Shown here in pieces: positions 37,201 to 47,674 of a DNA stretch of 64,000 nucleotides; position 1 is the first letter of the stretch, and each line of letters begins with the position of its first letter. A model generated the notes under the pieces. The model saw only the letters and a program-made list of their open reading frames with translations. It made no database searches and had not been told where the DNA came from. Source of the stretch: Bacteroidales bacterium (GTDB lineage Bacteria > Bacteroidota > Bacteroidia > Bacteroidales > M50B96). Position numbers and translations under genes: made by a program. Location of the stretch: positions 68,512-132,511 of the forward strand of contig JAIOYV010000002.1 of NCBI GenBank assembly GCA_021740905.1, read 5' to 3'.

Positions 37201-38630
37201 TTGTTTTCGATTACCTGAACACTCGCTACAATTTCACCGATTTTGTCGATTTCAAAAAAAACAAGATTGAATTTAGTAACATCGAAGTTTACGATACACG
37301 AGGGGAAAAGGCCATTGTGAGCGGTGCATTGAATCATAATTATTTTAGCGATTTTACTTTGGACATTATGCTCGATGCTACTAATTTCACTTTACTCGAT
37401 ACTCGCGAAGAAGACAATAATCTTTATTTCGGACAGGCTTATGGCACAGGGGATGTCCATATTACCGGGAGTTTCGAACTCGCTAATATCGACATCAACA
37501 TGAAAACTGAAAAAGGCACCCGGTTCTTTATCCCTCTCACTTCGGGTTCTGAAATCAGCGAAAGCAGTTTTATAACTTTTGTAAACAATGATCAAGAAAC
37601 GGCAAAGTCCAAACAAGAAGAAGAAATAGCCAAGCTAAAGGGAGTGTCGCTAAAAATGGATTTGGAAGTAACTCCGGAGGCAGAAGTCCAGTTGATTTTT
37701 GAATCGAAAATGGGCGACATTATCAAAGGCAATGGCAATGCCAACCTGAAGCTTGAAATCAGCACAACTGGCGATTTTGGCATGTATGGCGATTATGAAA
37801 TAGTGCAGGGCGAATATCTTCTTACTCTCGGTAACTTACTTAGTAAGCGATTTCTGGTGAAACCGGGAGGTACAATCGGTTGGAACGGCGATCCGTACAA
37901 CGCCATTATCGATCTCGAAACGTATTATGAATTGAATGCCTCTTTGCAGGATTTGTATTTAGATTCAAGCGAAGTATATAGAAAGCGGGTGCCTGTTGAG
38001 TGTCAAATAAAAATGAGTGGTGCATTGATGAATCCGAACATCGTATTTGGTATCGACCTTCCGAAATCGAGCGAAGCCGACCGTGCCCAATTACGCAATC
38101 TGCCCGACGATGAACTGAACAAACAGTTTATTTCACTTCTCTTTATTAACCGTTTCCAGCCTTTACCAGGTCTCGATTTTGCCAATTCGGGGAATATTTC
38201 CTCGGGCTATAGTTTGACTGAATCGACCAGCGAATTATTGAGCAACCAGTTGAGTCATTGGCTGTCGCAAATCAGCAACGATTTCGATATTGGTTTCACC
38301 TATCGTCCGGGCAACGAACTTTCGTCGGATGAGGTAGAGGTCGCTCTTAAAACCCAATTTTTCAACGAGAAGCTAACAGTAAATGGGAACGTTGGTATGG
38401 GTGGACAGTACGAAAATACAAACAGCATTGTAGGTGATGTGGAGGCTGATTTGAAACTCAACGAATCTGGCAAGTTCAGGGTAAAAGCTTTCCGGCGATC
38501 GAACACAAATTTCGATTATGAGAAAGGTCCGACAACACAGGGTGCGGGCATTTTCTATCGCGAAGAATTTGATTCTTTCGAAGAGCTAATCTTGAAATGG
38601 TTGAAGATTGAAAGAAAGAAGAAAGACTAA
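34224..38630 (+). CDS. tamB: Translocation/assembly module TamB (AsmA-like, DUF490)
   Basis: About 1460 aa beta-rich, N-terminal anchor, C-terminal GGTIGWNGDPY...QGAGIFYREEF; start uncertain (ATT 34224 vs TTG 34272). Confidence 0.85.
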   Translation: MKRAYKILLYTLLVIILIPAVLYITIQNSSVQTRLTAYFAGKLTEKLGTKVSVGRVDIAFFNKLVLEDLFVEDYRNDTLAYIGELKAAINSIAYKKKRIDFGTISLDRLYFYIYQDVDTSNLDVFVYGLVPVETDTGSSSPLWELNFSRLVVENSRFRFRQYDYITQDFGMNYLDMEANKLNFSVSDIDLGDSLKMRLNGLSCREKGGAHIEEFTTLLSMSKHHANFDELTLRLSNSEILAKTLAFRFDSLRVLRDFTHKVKIEGDFYETGLSFADLAFFAPALKGFSEKVYFSGLVNGPISDLRAKNFSVNFGNFTRMKASFSLIGLPTIKTTFLYADFKEFRTSKSDIENLKLPPEWSDGPIKLPDQLNEAGLITYKGNFTGFTNDFVAFGTLSSQLGTISTDLGLKQSGHNGYSYRGAIKTIDFNLGKFVGPEARIGKVDLEIQVTGNIDSLNRVSAEPKGIIQKIDFNNYQYKNVKLNGKLDGKKFNGFVYILEPNLELDFTGAVDFTNDVPVFDFNAVVMYAKLDNLNLYKKDSLPVLSFILESNFVGDNFDEFKGQINLWDLSYANAERKVTIDQLSLISNPEDTVNSLQLISSLADISLRGKYSFEGLTESLPGYFYHFYPSFLHKEQGYPSSTDSLYFNIQIKETDSLMRIFFPGYAIGSGSVLDGYFDARSNVLDLDGKLKNVNVQSMSFEDLTVSTQTGDNDLMLFLTSNSVLRNDVPFLQKLELSSKYMRDSLFAQINWYHIDSLVYEGNLATAASFARSDPGQIPQINIELLPSSITIADSLWQIAKAHFVVDSSLLQVSDFLMSRESQLLSISGSVSKSKEDTLYMEMNNIPLSNFNLLTGPHGFDLHGILNGNASLTDVYNNPIFFSNLKINQLEINGKKLGDGIIKSEWDNNNEGLKITFYTQRDQVRPFYVDGSYFPRGGKLDFEIILDKLYLSIFEPYLEENISELGGIVSDKLTLSGTIEKPVLEGRLKVQKVGFVFDYLNTRYNFTDFVDFKKNKIEFSNIEVYDTRGEKAIVSGALNHNYFSDFTLDIMLDATNFTLLDTREEDNNLYFGQAYGTGDVHITGSFELANIDINMKTEKGTRFFIPLTSGSEISESSFITFVNNDQETAKSKQEEEIAKLKGVSLKMDLEVTPEAEVQLIFESKMGDIIKGNGNANLKLEISTTGDFGMYGDYEIVQGEYLLTLGNLLSKRFLVKPGGTIGWNGDPYNAIIDLETYYELNASLQDLYLDSSEVYRKRVPVECQIKMSGALMNPNIVFGIDLPKSSEADRAQLRNLPDDELNKQFISLLFINRFQPLPGLDFANSGNISSGYSLTESTSELLSNQLSHWLSQISNDFDIGFTYRPGNELSSDEVEVALKTQFFNEKLTVNGNVGMGGQYENTNSIVGDVEADLKLNESGKFRVKAFRRSNTNFDYEKGPTTQGAGIFYREEFDSFEELILKWLKIERKKKD

Positions 38631-38642
38631 ACTTGAAATCTC

Positions 38643-39440
38643 TTAAATCGACTTCGTAATCCTTGTCTTTTCCTTTATTTTATCAATGTATTTTTTGCCC
38701 AAATCTTTCCCGATTGCAATCCGCATTTCGTTAATCTCGGGCATCGAACTGTCGTTGAAAAAAGGTGTGTACATATAGGTAACGCTTATATTAAGACCTG
38801 TTGGGATATGCTCAATCCTTCCGGAATAGCCGAGTTTTGTTTTGGAGATATTGTAATTTGTAAATTCACTATTGCCTACTTTTATTTTTTTCTTGTCGCC
38901 ATCTTCGATGTATTTGCGTTTGTGTTTTCCGGCAATATAGAAATCGAGCATGGCTCCTGCAGAAAGACGTACTTTGCCCAATGTGAAATTTAAGTTTACA
39001 GGTGTAAAAAGGCTTCCATACACAATTTTGCTTTTGCCATAGCCGAAAAAAGTGTTTTGATAATCGTGCATAGGGTTTTCATCAATATAAATTTCTACAT
39101 CTCCATTGTCATTTTTATCCAACACAAGATTCTCTTCGAAGCGATATTTTGTAATTGCAATACCCAGCCCCATACTTAAATTGACTTTTTCCCAACCCAT
39201 CGTCATGAGGTCGCTCGAATATCGTCCGGTAAATAGGTCTAAAAGGAAACCTGAACCAAATCCTTTAATTGTGGTTTGGAAATCTTTGGAATCAGGACCT
39301 ACAAAAAAATTGTATGCTAATGCACCTTCCCGTCGGTTGCTTTTTACGCCATAATCAATTTTAAATTGAGAAAACAAATCGGAACCAGTCAGCAAAAGAC
39401 AAATAGAAAGCAGAATGATAGAATATATATTTTTCATCAT
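38643..39440 (-). CDS. Outer-membrane beta-barrel domain protein
   Basis: Signal peptide, amphipathic strands; downstream of PorT-like gene. Confidence 0.6.
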   Translation of the reverse strand: MMKNIYSIILLSICLLLTGSDLFSQFKIDYGVKSNRREGALAYNFFVGPDSKDFQTTIKGFGSGFLLDLFTGRYSSDLMTMGWEKVNLSMGLGIAITKYRFEENLVLDKNDNGDVEIYIDENPMHDYQNTFFGYGKSKIVYGSLFTPVNLNFTLGKVRLSAGAMLDFYIAGKHKRKYIEDGDKKKIKVGNSEFTNYNISKTKLGYSGRIEHIPTGLNISVTYMYTPFFNDSSMPEINEMRIAIGKDLGKKYIDKIKEKTRITKSI

Positions 39441-39454
39441 AGTTTAAGAAGCAA

Positions 39455-40180
39455 TTAAAACCAAAATAAGTAGCCAAAGGAAATCGAAAAAACCCTGTTT
39501 TTTAATTCGCTGTAGCCCTCGGGTTTTAGGCTCGAATCCTTCCAATCATTTATATCACGCAGGCTCATGGTATAGCGGAAGTCAATGAGCAGGTTGCCCG
39601 GCCCTGCTTCGTACATAAACCCACCGCCTATGATCAGTCCAAAATCGCTTTGGTTGGCCTGGAAATCTGTGTCCAAATAATCGGCATCAAAATCAATTTC
39701 ATGGGTTTCGTCAACCTCGCTGCTTTCACCTGCAATTATGTAATCAATTTTTGTTTTTGTTTTTCCTCCCAGCCACTTGCCCCAATAGGGTCCGGCATTG
39801 ACAAAACCGCGCACTTCATCGGGGCCAAAGGAAAGCTTTAACAATACAGGGACTTCGACATAGTTTAAAATATATTTTTCATACCCGTCTATATTCAATT
39901 CAATTGTGTCCTCCTGGTAGTTTAAACGATGCCCCTTTTTAGAGTATAGAAATTCGGCCTGCACAGAAAATTGCCTGGTAATGGACACATTTGTTACTAC
40001 CCCTGCATGGTAGCTGAGCAACTGCCCGTTTTGAATGTAATTTTCCGAATACTTGTCTTGCTCGGAAAAATGGGTTAGGCTTGCCATATTGAAACCCGTA
40101 CGCGGGCCAATTGAAAATATCTGGGCATTGATTTGCCCCATAAGAAACACACAGCCTATGAGTAATCCAATTTTTTTCAT
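39455..40180 (-). CDS. Porin/PorT-family outer-membrane beta-barrel protein
   Basis: SIGPRTGFN, QAEFLYSKKG, LNYVEVPVLLK, C-terminal SISFGYLFWF. Confidence 0.8.
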   Translation of the reverse strand: MKKIGLLIGCVFLMGQINAQIFSIGPRTGFNMASLTHFSEQDKYSENYIQNGQLLSYHAGVVTNVSITRQFSVQAEFLYSKKGHRLNYQEDTIELNIDGYEKYILNYVEVPVLLKLSFGPDEVRGFVNAGPYWGKWLGGKTKTKIDYIIAGESSEVDETHEIDFDADYLDTDFQANQSDFGLIIGGGFMYEAGPGNLLIDFRYTMSLRDINDWKDSSLKPEGYSELKNRVFSISFGYLFWF

Positions 40181-40241
40181 GTCAGAACAGAGTTATTAAT
40201 CCTACTGTCAAAGATATGTGTTTTCATTTACACAATCACAT

Positions 40242-40277
40242 AAAAAAAGCAGGATTGACGGTTCAACCCTGCTTTTT
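40242..40277 (-). terminator. Intrinsic terminator after FKBP gene
   Basis: aaaaaaagcaggattga-cggt-tcaaccctgcttttt. Confidence 0.75.
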
Positions 40278-40306
40278 GATATTTTTATAAAAAATAGCTT
40301 TTGGTA

Positions 40307-41116
40307 CTACTTTTTTTGTTGTTGTGGTTTCGGACTTGTCTGCATTTGACTCTTTTGAGCTGCCGGTTTAATGTCCAACAATTCAACTTCGAAAATCAAC
40401 GCCATTCCAGCTTCTATTTTTCCACCTGGGCGTGGGTTGTCGCCATAAGCAAGATCAGAAGGGATATACAAAGTCCACTTCGAGCCAACAGGCATCATAC
40501 TAAAAGCTTCGTCCCAGCCTTTGATAACACGGCCTTGTCCTACATTGAATTCAAATGGTTGTCCACGATCAATAGAGCTATCGAAAACTTCGCCATTGAT
40601 AATTGTACCATGATAATGGGCTACAACCATATCGCCAGGTTGAGGAACAGGGCCTGTACCTTCCTGGGTAATTTTATACTGTAGTCCACTTTGCAAGGTA
40701 ACTACGCCTTCTTTTTTACCGTTTTCTTCTAAAAATTTAGCACTTTCAGCTTTGTTGGCAACAGCTTTTTCTTTGTTTTTTTCTTCCATTTTAACAGCAA
40801 GTACCTTTCCGTAATCCTGGATTACTTTACCAGCTTGTTCGTTGCTTAACATGGTTTCATTGCCTTTCAGCAATTCGTCAAGAGCCTTTTCAACAACTGC
40901 GAAGTTAATGTCTTCGTAACCCTGCGATTTTAGATAGGCACCGAGATTGACACCCCAGGCATAACTAACTGAATCGTATGCGTTGCTAAGTGTAACGGAA
41001 CCGGGTGTGGCCTTTGCTTTTTTCGTATCATCACCATTTGTTTGTCCATTCGAACAGGCAGAAATGAGTAAAATACTGATAACAGCAACTGATAATAAAA
41101 TCTTAATCTTCATCAT
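40307..41116 (-). CDS. FKBP-type peptidyl-prolyl isomerase (FkpA/Mip-like lipoprotein)
   Basis: DSVSYAWG, SGLQYK, HYHGT..GEVFDSS, VIKGWDE, LYIPSDLAYG, LIFEVELL. Confidence 0.93.
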   Translation of the reverse strand: MMKIKILLSVAVISILLISACSNGQTNGDDTKKAKATPGSVTLSNAYDSVSYAWGVNLGAYLKSQGYEDINFAVVEKALDELLKGNETMLSNEQAGKVIQDYGKVLAVKMEEKNKEKAVANKAESAKFLEENGKKEGVVTLQSGLQYKITQEGTGPVPQPGDMVVAHYHGTIINGEVFDSSIDRGQPFEFNVGQGRVIKGWDEAFSMMPVGSKWTLYIPSDLAYGDNPRPGGKIEAGMALIFEVELLDIKPAAQKSQMQTSPKPQQQKK

Positions 41117-41147
41117 TTTAATTCGTTTTGTTAATTATTATTTTTAT

Positions 41148-41537
41148 TTAGAATGGTAAATCATCACTCGAAGTTTCTGGAGGAGGCATTTCATTATCAT
41201 CGATTGGCGGCATAGGAGGCGGCTGGTTATTCCCTGTTTCGGTTTCCGAAACTTTTTCGATGCGCCATGCATCAAGGTTGGTAAAATAGTTTACCACTCC
41301 TTGTTTTTCCCATTTGTTTCCGCGGATGTTAAATGCAACTTTAACCACATCGCCCACCGAATATCCCTGAATAAGGCTTGTTCTGTCCTGTGTCAGTTGA
41401 AATTTAATGTAATCGGTAAAATCGAAATTTCCAGTGGTCTCACTTTTCTCGATTACAAATTCCTGCTTTTTGAACCGGTCGCTAACTTGGACCAATTCCA
41501 TAATCTGGATTATTTTTCCTGTCAATTCAAAATTCAT
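41148..41537 (-). CDS. DUF3127 domain protein
   Basis: ELTGKII, FKKQEFVIE, FNIRGNKW, YFTNLDAWRIE, C-terminal DDLPF. Confidence 0.85.
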   Translation of the reverse strand: MNFELTGKIIQIMELVQVSDRFKKQEFVIEKSETTGNFDFTDYIKFQLTQDRTSLIQGYSVGDVVKVAFNIRGNKWEKQGVVNYFTNLDAWRIEKVSETETGNNQPPPMPPIDDNEMPPPETSSDDLPF

Positions 41538-41548
41538 GGCCGGTTGGT

Positions 41549-41986
41549 TTATTCCTCAATAACAACAATTTTTTCAATTCTGTCGCCCGCTTCAATCAGG
41601 TCGATTACTTCGAGTCCCATTTGTACTTTTCCAAAACAAGTATGGTTCCGGTCGAGGTGTGCAGTATTTTGCCTGCTGTGGCAGATGAAAAATTGGGAGC
41701 CACCTGTATTTCTTCCCGCATGTGCCATCGACAGTACGCCACGGTCGTGGTACTGATTGTCACCATCCAATTCGCAATCGATGGAATATCCCGGACCACC
41801 AGCTCCGGTTCCATTTGGGCAACCTCCCTGGATAACAAAATTAGGAATTACCCGATGGAAAGTTAGTCCATCGTAAAATCCTTTGCGAGCAAGGGTAACA
41901 AAATTATCGACTGTTTTGGGTGCATCTTTGTCGTAAAAATCAACCTTCATCACCCCTTTTTCTGTGTGTATTTCAGCTTTGTACAT
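41549..41986 (-). CDS. Cyclophilin-type peptidyl-prolyl isomerase
   Basis: [44 protein letters not shown]. Confidence 0.95.
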   Translation of the reverse strand: MYKAEIHTEKGVMKVDFYDKDAPKTVDNFVTLARKGFYDGLTFHRVIPNFVIQGGCPNGTGAGGPGYSIDCELDGDNQYHDRGVLSMAHAGRNTGGSQFFICHSRQNTAHLDRNHTCFGKVQMGLEVIDLIEAGDRIEKIVVIEE

Positions 41987-42291
41987 CTTTTTTGATAAGT
42001 TTCAATATTAAAGGCGGCAAAAGTAATAATTATAATCCGATTTTATAAAAGCCTGACTGTGATTCTAAATTTTTTTCAATCTATAACTAAATGATTGAAT
42101 ATTGGAGTTCTCACATAAGGACAATTTATTTTCAAAATGAGAATTCTATCATAAACACTGCACTGATATTCAGCTTTATTGAAAACTACGAAAGATTGTT
42201 GGTCAAAAAAAATGAAAAACTTTTCCAAAAGTGTGCTAGCTCACACAAAATTCTTTTTATTTGCAAACAGATATCTTTAAAACAATTTAAT

Positions 42292-42645
42292 ATGGTAAGT
42301 CAAAGTAAGCCCAGGGTAATCAAAGATTTCGACAAGTTAGATCCAGAAATTGTCGAGCAAATCAAGTTGACCTATCCTCTCGGATTTAGCGATTATTTAA
42401 TAAGCTTTACCAATAAAGATGGGAAGTTTGTCAGTGCTTTGCCATTCGAGACCGACGAGAAGTATTACCTTGTCAGGATGACTGTTGTAGAGGCTGAAAG
42501 AATAATTGAGGAAGACAGTGATTATGATGTCGATGGCAACCTAAAAGACAGTATTAAAGAAGAATACGAAAGCAAACACCCGGATATTGAATATGTTCCC
42601 GATATTTTGGATGAGCCTACAGATGATGATGTTGACGATGATTAG
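42292..42645 (+). CDS. Conserved acidic hypothetical protein
   Basis: MVSQSKPRVIKDFDKL...YPLGF...YYLVRMT, Asp/Glu-rich tail; ATG 42292 preferred to 42091. Confidence 0.7.
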   Translation: MVSQSKPRVIKDFDKLDPEIVEQIKLTYPLGFSDYLISFTNKDGKFVSALPFETDEKYYLVRMTVVEAERIIEEDSDYDVDGNLKDSIKEEYESKHPDIEYVPDILDEPTDDDVDDD

Positions 42646-42824
42646 CCTTAATTTCCAATAGAAATTATCTCTCTGTTTACCTAAGACAATTGTCAGATTT
42701 CACAATTTGGTTTCTTTAGGTACTGCCGCAATCAAAATCGCTTTTGCGGGCTTATTACTTTGCTTTTTCTCCCCAATAGCCTTTTTGTATATCTTTGAAA
42801 CCATAAACAAAAACCATTTTTACT

Positions 42825-44354
42825 GTGCAGGAAAAAATACTGATCCTCGATTTTGGATCGCAATATACCCAATTGATAGCCCGACGGGTAAGGGAATTGA
42901 ATGTGTATTGCGAAATCCATCCCTATAATAAAATCCCCATAATCGACCAAAGCACAAAAGGCGTAATCCTATCGGGAAGCCCGTTTTCGGTGCGCGATGA
43001 GAACGCTTTGATTCCTGACCTGTCAGAAATTAAGGGAAAGAAATCGCTGTTGGGTGTTTGTTATGGGGCACAATTCCTTGCTCACAATTATGGTGGCGAA
43101 GTGCTACCATCGGATACGCGCGAGTATGGCCGGGCAAACCTTGCTTTTGTCGATCATAGCAACGAACTGATGTGGGAGATGGAAGAAAATTCCCAGGTTT
43201 GGATGTCGCATGGCGATACCATTGCCAGGATTCCCGAAAATTACAAGATTATTGCCAGCACTGCTGATGTGAAAATTGGGGCGTTTAAGATTGAAGGCGA
43301 ACCGAGCTATGGCATTCAATTTCACCCCGAAGTGTACCATACGGTGCAGGGAAAAACCTTGTTGAAGAATTTTGTGGTCGATATTTGTGGTTGTTCCCAG
43401 GATTGGACACCTGATTCTTTTATCGAAACAACAGTTAAAGAACTTCAAGATAAATTAGGAAACGACAAGGTTGTGCTTGGTTTGTCGGGTGGTGTAGATT
43501 CGTCGGTGGCAGCTGTGTTGTTGCACAAGGCGATTGGCAAAAACCTGCATTGCATTTTTGTTGACAATGGTTTGCTCCGAAAAAACGAATTTGAACTCGT
43601 GCTGGAATCCTATCTCCACATGGGCTTGAATGTGGTTGGGGTGGATGCAAAAGACCGTTTCCTGGACGAATTGGAAGGCATATCGGACCCTGAGACCAAG
43701 CGCAAAACCATTGGCCGGGTATTTATTGAAGTATTCGACGACGAAGCCCACAAAATACAAGATGTGAAATGGTTGGCACAAGGAACTATTTACCCCGACG
43801 TAATTGAGTCGATATCGGTGAAAGGCCCATCGGCAACCATTAAATCGCACCACAATGTGGGCGGGTTGCCCGATTATATGAAACTGAAAATTGTGGAGCC
43901 ACTCAATTTGCTTTTTAAGGATGAAGTACGCCGAGTGGGAACAGCTCTTAAAATCCACGATACTATTATTGGCCGTCATCCATTTCCCGGACCAGGACTT
44001 GCTATTCGCATACTAGGGGATATTACCCGCAAAAAAGTGACTCTTCTTCAGGAGGCCGATTATATTTTTATTAAAGCCTTGAAAGACCATAATTTATACG
44101 ATCAGGTTTGGCAAGCCGGTGTTATGCTTTTGCCGGTTCAATCGGTGGGGGTGATGGGCGATGAGCGAACCTACGAAAATGTAGTGGCCTTGCGTGCTGT
44201 TGGCTCAACCGATGGAATGACTGCCGATTGGTCGCATTTACCTTACGAGTTTCTGGCAAAGGTTTCCAACGATATCATCAATAAAGTACGTGGTATCAAC
44301 AGGGTTGTTTATGATATAAGCTCGAAACCGCCTGCGACCATTGAGTGGGAGTAA
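42825..44354 (+). CDS. guaA: GMP synthase (glutamine-hydrolysing)
   Basis: [51 protein letters not shown]. Confidence 0.98.
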   Translation: MQEKILILDFGSQYTQLIARRVRELNVYCEIHPYNKIPIIDQSTKGVILSGSPFSVRDENALIPDLSEIKGKKSLLGVCYGAQFLAHNYGGEVLPSDTREYGRANLAFVDHSNELMWEMEENSQVWMSHGDTIARIPENYKIIASTADVKIGAFKIEGEPSYGIQFHPEVYHTVQGKTLLKNFVVDICGCSQDWTPDSFIETTVKELQDKLGNDKVVLGLSGGVDSSVAAVLLHKAIGKNLHCIFVDNGLLRKNEFELVLESYLHMGLNVVGVDAKDRFLDELEGISDPETKRKTIGRVFIEVFDDEAHKIQDVKWLAQGTIYPDVIESISVKGPSATIKSHHNVGGLPDYMKLKIVEPLNLLFKDEVRRVGTALKIHDTIIGRHPFPGPGLAIRILGDITRKKVTLLQEADYIFIKALKDHNLYDQVWQAGVMLLPVQSVGVMGDERTYENVVALRAVGSTDGMTADWSHLPYEFLAKVSNDIINKVRGINRVVYDISSKPPATIEWE

Positions 44355-44435
44355 TGCTTCGCATCAAGTGCTTCGAGTAATTCTGAGGAATATTAAAAAA
44401 AATCATCCGATGGCTTTATAGACAGGATTCTTTCA

Positions 44436-44738
44436 TCACGAGCAATGGCGGATCAAATCCATCACCAAGCAAGATGAGGTTGTAGAATTTGGTGATTTCT
44501 TGCAATACCTATAAATCTTCCCTCCAACAAATTGTCCGAGAAAGAAGGATCCAATCAAGGCTGGGTAGGTGATGAAAGCGAATCCTATCCCGCTAAAAAT
44601 CCTCAGGATAATAATAACCGGAACCGGAATATGAATAGCAAAAACCCACTGCCATGAGTATCTTTTCACATTGGCCCGCCAATAACCAAAAGGAAGGTTA
44701 AAGATAAATGTAAAAGCCGATACAAGGAGCAAGTTCAT
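44436..44738 (-). CDS. Small membrane hypothetical protein
   Basis: NLPFGYWR...WVFAIHIPVP, about 3 TM segments; own TATCTTTG box at 44747-44754. Confidence 0.7.
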   Translation of the reverse strand: MNLLLVSAFTFIFNLPFGYWRANVKRYSWQWVFAIHIPVPVIIILRIFSGIGFAFITYPALIGSFFLGQFVGGKIYRYCKKSPNSTTSSCLVMDLIRHCS

Positions 44739-44798
44739 AAGTACTACAAAGATAGAGTAGTATTATTGAATTTCCTTATTCGTGTCTTTTAATAAAAG

Positions 44799-45854
44799 TT
44801 AATTTCCAGCTTGATTGGTGAAATATTTTTTCTGAAAATATAAAGAGACCCGCACCAAAGCAATCAGCACAGGAACTTCCACCAATGGCCCGATTACAGC
44901 TGCAAAAGCAATCCCGGAGTTGATCCCAAAAACAGATACAGCCACAGCAATGGCCAATTCGAAATTATTACTGGCGGCTGTAAACGAAATGGTTGCAGTC
45001 TTAGGATAATCGGCCCCCACTTTTTTCCCCATGAGAAAGCTCACCAAAAACATTATCACGAAATAGATTACCAAAGGCACGGCAATCCGCACTACATCAA
45101 ACGGGATTTTTACGATGAATTCACCTTTTAGTGAAAACATCACAAAAATAGTGAACAACAGGGCAATCAAAGTCAGAGGGCTAATCTTAGGGATAAACTT
45201 ACTGTGGTACCACTCCTTGCTTTTTATCCTGATAAGAAAAAACCGGGTTAGGAAACCGGCAATGAATGGGATTCCTAAATAAATGAACACGCTTTTGGCG
45301 ATTTCACCGATGGTTATATCTACCTCGAATGATTTCAATCCAAGCCAATCGGGCAATACGGTGAGAAATACCCAGGCATACACCGAAAAAAACAAGACCT
45401 GGAAAATGGAATTGAAGGCCACCAATCCGGCAGCATATTCCGTGTCGCCTTTGGCCAGTTCGTTCCATACAATCACCATGGCGATGCAACGCGCCAGGCC
45501 AATAAGGATAAGTCCGGCCATGTATTCGGGGTAGTCCTGCAAGAATAAAATGGCCAGGGCAAACATCAGGATAGGGCCAATAAACCAGTTTTGTACCAGC
45601 GACAAGCCAAGAATTTTAAAATTCTTGAACACGTCTTTTAATTCCTCGTACCGGACTTTGGCGAGGGGAGGGTACATCATCACAATCAACCCAATGGCGA
45701 TGGGAATATTGGTTGTCCCAGAACTCATCGAGTTCCAATAATTGGCAATGGTCGGAAAAAGATAGCCCGAACCAACGCCAATGGCCATGGCGAGGAAGAT
45801 CCATAGGGTGAGGTAGCGGTCCAAAAAGGAGAGTCGTTTGGTTAAAGTGCTCAT
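44799..45854 (-). CDS. acr3: Acr3 arsenite efflux transporter
   Basis: [56 protein letters not shown]. Confidence 0.95.
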   Translation of the reverse strand: MSTLTKRLSFLDRYLTLWIFLAMAIGVGSGYLFPTIANYWNSMSSGTTNIPIAIGLIVMMYPPLAKVRYEELKDVFKNFKILGLSLVQNWFIGPILMFALAILFLQDYPEYMAGLILIGLARCIAMVIVWNELAKGDTEYAAGLVAFNSIFQVLFFSVYAWVFLTVLPDWLGLKSFEVDITIGEIAKSVFIYLGIPFIAGFLTRFFLIRIKSKEWYHSKFIPKISPLTLIALLFTIFVMFSLKGEFIVKIPFDVVRIAVPLVIYFVIMFLVSFLMGKKVGADYPKTATISFTAASNNFELAIAVAVSVFGINSGIAFAAVIGPLVEVPVLIALVRVSLYFQKKYFTNQAGN

Positions 45855-45856
45855 AA

Positions 45857-46225
45857 TTATTTTTTAAACATGAAATAGACAGCCAGGACAAGAAAAATGA
45901 AACCGATGATATGGTTCCAACGAAAGGTCTCGGTTTTAAAGAAAAAGAGAGTAAAAATGACAAACACCAAAAGAGTAATCACTTCCTGCAATACTTTCAA
46001 CTGAAGCAAAGAAAAAGGTCCACCATATCCTTTGAAACCAATCCGGTTGGCGGGAACCTGAAAGAAATATTCGAAGAGGGCAATGCCCCAACTTAACAAG
46101 ACCACCAAAAAAAGGGGCAAAGATTCAAACCATCTCAGTTCTTTAAACTTCAAGTGACTGTACCAGGCAAAGGTCATGAAAATGTTCGACATCACCAGTA
46201 AACCAATGGTATAAAGCGATTTCAT
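45857..46225 (-). CDS. DMT-superfamily small membrane protein (DUF486)
   Basis: [44 protein letters not shown]. Confidence 0.88.
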   Translation of the reverse strand: MKSLYTIGLLVMSNIFMTFAWYSHLKFKELRWFESLPLFLVVLLSWGIALFEYFFQVPANRIGFKGYGGPFSLLQLKVLQEVITLLVFVIFTLFFFKTETFRWNHIIGFIFLVLAVYFMFKK

Positions 46226-46246
46226 AGGACAGATATTAAAATGTTC

Positions 46247-47044
46247 CTACTTCTTTGCTTTTAATGTGATGCTAAAAATGCCAGTACCAGATTCTTTAAA
46301 TTGCTTTAGTTTTTCTGAGGAAAGATAATTTAATAGGATCTCATCGGGGATTTGGATTTCCTTTTCCTTTTGAATGGACATTTCCGAAAAGCCAGCCTCT
46401 TGAACAATTCTTAGGTATTTATCTTTTTGGATAGCACCCGACACACAGCCCGCATACATTTCTGCATCTTTCTTAATTTGCTCGGGCAATTCGCCGGAAA
46501 TTACTACATCCGAAATACTAAAGTGCCCACCGGGTTTCAGTACCCTGAAAATTTCTGAAAAAGCTTTTTCCTTATCAGGCACCAGGTTCAACACACAATT
46601 GCTGATAACCACATCGTAGGAATTTTGGGGCAGGGGCATTTCTTCAATGTCACCTTTGAAAAACTCCACATTGTCGAAACCTAATTTTAAGTTATTTGCG
46701 CGGGCTTTGTCCAACATCTCGTCGGTAAAATCAAGGCCGGTTACTTTTCCTTCGGGTCCTGTTTCGGCGCGGGCAACAAAACAATCGTTTCCTGCACCAC
46801 TGCCCAAATCGAGAACAGCATCCCCTTTTTTAATACCCGCAAACTCGGTGGGCAAACCACAACCAAGGCCCAGGTCGGCATCGGCATTATAGCCATCCAT
46901 CCCTGAATAGTCATCGCTAAAAATGGTGTAATCCACATCGCCGCAACACGATGTGCTTCCGCAGCAAGAGCTTTGGTTTTGGACCAGGCTTTGATTGGCT
47001 ATCTGTCCGTATTTTTCCTGGACTATGAGTTTTAAATCTTTCAT
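46247..47044 (-). CDS. arsM: Arsenite S-adenosylmethionine methyltransferase
   Basis: SSCCG..CCG N-terminus, LGLGCG.P, LDLGSGAG.D, ISNCVLNL, YAGCVSGA; ATG 47044. Confidence 0.93.
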   Translation of the reverse strand: MKDLKLIVQEKYGQIANQSLVQNQSSCCGSTSCCGDVDYTIFSDDYSGMDGYNADADLGLGCGLPTEFAGIKKGDAVLDLGSGAGNDCFVARAETGPEGKVTGLDFTDEMLDKARANNLKLGFDNVEFFKGDIEEMPLPQNSYDVVISNCVLNLVPDKEKAFSEIFRVLKPGGHFSISDVVISGELPEQIKKDAEMYAGCVSGAIQKDKYLRIVQEAGFSEMSIQKEKEIQIPDEILLNYLSSEKLKQFKESGTGIFSITLKAKK

Positions 47045-47089
47045 CTTTTTATATTGTTTCGGGTTTTTATATTTCGGGTTTCGGATATT

Positions 47090-47112
47090 GAGACGCAAGC
47101 CTTGCGTCTCTA
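47090..47112. repeat. REP palindrome (GTAG family)
   Basis: gagacgcaag-c-cttgcgtctcta in the arsC-arsM spacer. Confidence 0.65.
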
Positions 47113-47138
47113 ACTGTTGTTTCAATCGTTTCTGAAAG

Positions 47139-47184
47139 TCTTGATTCTTGATACTTTTTACTTGATACTATCTACTTGCTACTT
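47139..47184. repeat. Degenerate heptamer tandem repeat
   Basis: tcttgat tcttgat acttttt acttgat actatct acttgct actt. Confidence 0.65.
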
Positions 47185-47186
47185 AT

Positions 47187-47612
47187 TTATAGTTGTTGTA
47201 ACAATGTTTCCTGATAAAATTTCCCGAAGTCTCGCCTTATTTCGTCCCTTACACGGCGATATACAGAAAGGACTTCCTCAGTATTGCCCTTCGCCTCAAC
47301 CGGATCGTCAAAACCAATATGGATTTGAGATTTTACATTGCCGGTAAAAACTGGGCAAATTTCTTTCGCCCCATCGCAAACGGTAATCACAAAGTCCCAG
47401 GGTTGGTTTATGTATTCATCGACATGGTTCGATTTGGCCCCATCAATGTCAATGCCTAACTCGGCCATTACTTTTACGGCATTGGGATTTACAATGGTGC
47501 CGGGTTTGGTGCCGGCAGAAAAAACTTCAAGCCTGTTATCGAATGAATTTAGAAAACCATGAGCCATTTGGCTTCGGCAGGTATTTCCGGTACAAAGAAT
47601 TAAGATTTTCAT
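47187..47612 (-). CDS. arsC: Arsenate reductase (LMW-PTP/thioredoxin type)
   Basis: ILCTGNTCRSQMA, VITVCD.AKEICP, FDDP. Confidence 0.93.
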   Translation of the reverse strand: MKILILCTGNTCRSQMAHGFLNSFDNRLEVFSAGTKPGTIVNPNAVKVMAELGIDIDGAKSNHVDEYINQPWDFVITVCDGAKEICPVFTGNVKSQIHIGFDDPVEAKGNTEEVLSVYRRVRDEIRRDFGKFYQETLLQQL

Positions 47613-47674
47613 TTTATATTACAATTTATAGATTTTAAAGTGCAAGCTTTCTCTCGTAAAATAAGGTATTTCAA

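Noticed and set aside
44436..44738. Sixth gene of the ars operon
   Set aside because: Has its own TATCTTTG box just upstream; link to arsenic unsupported
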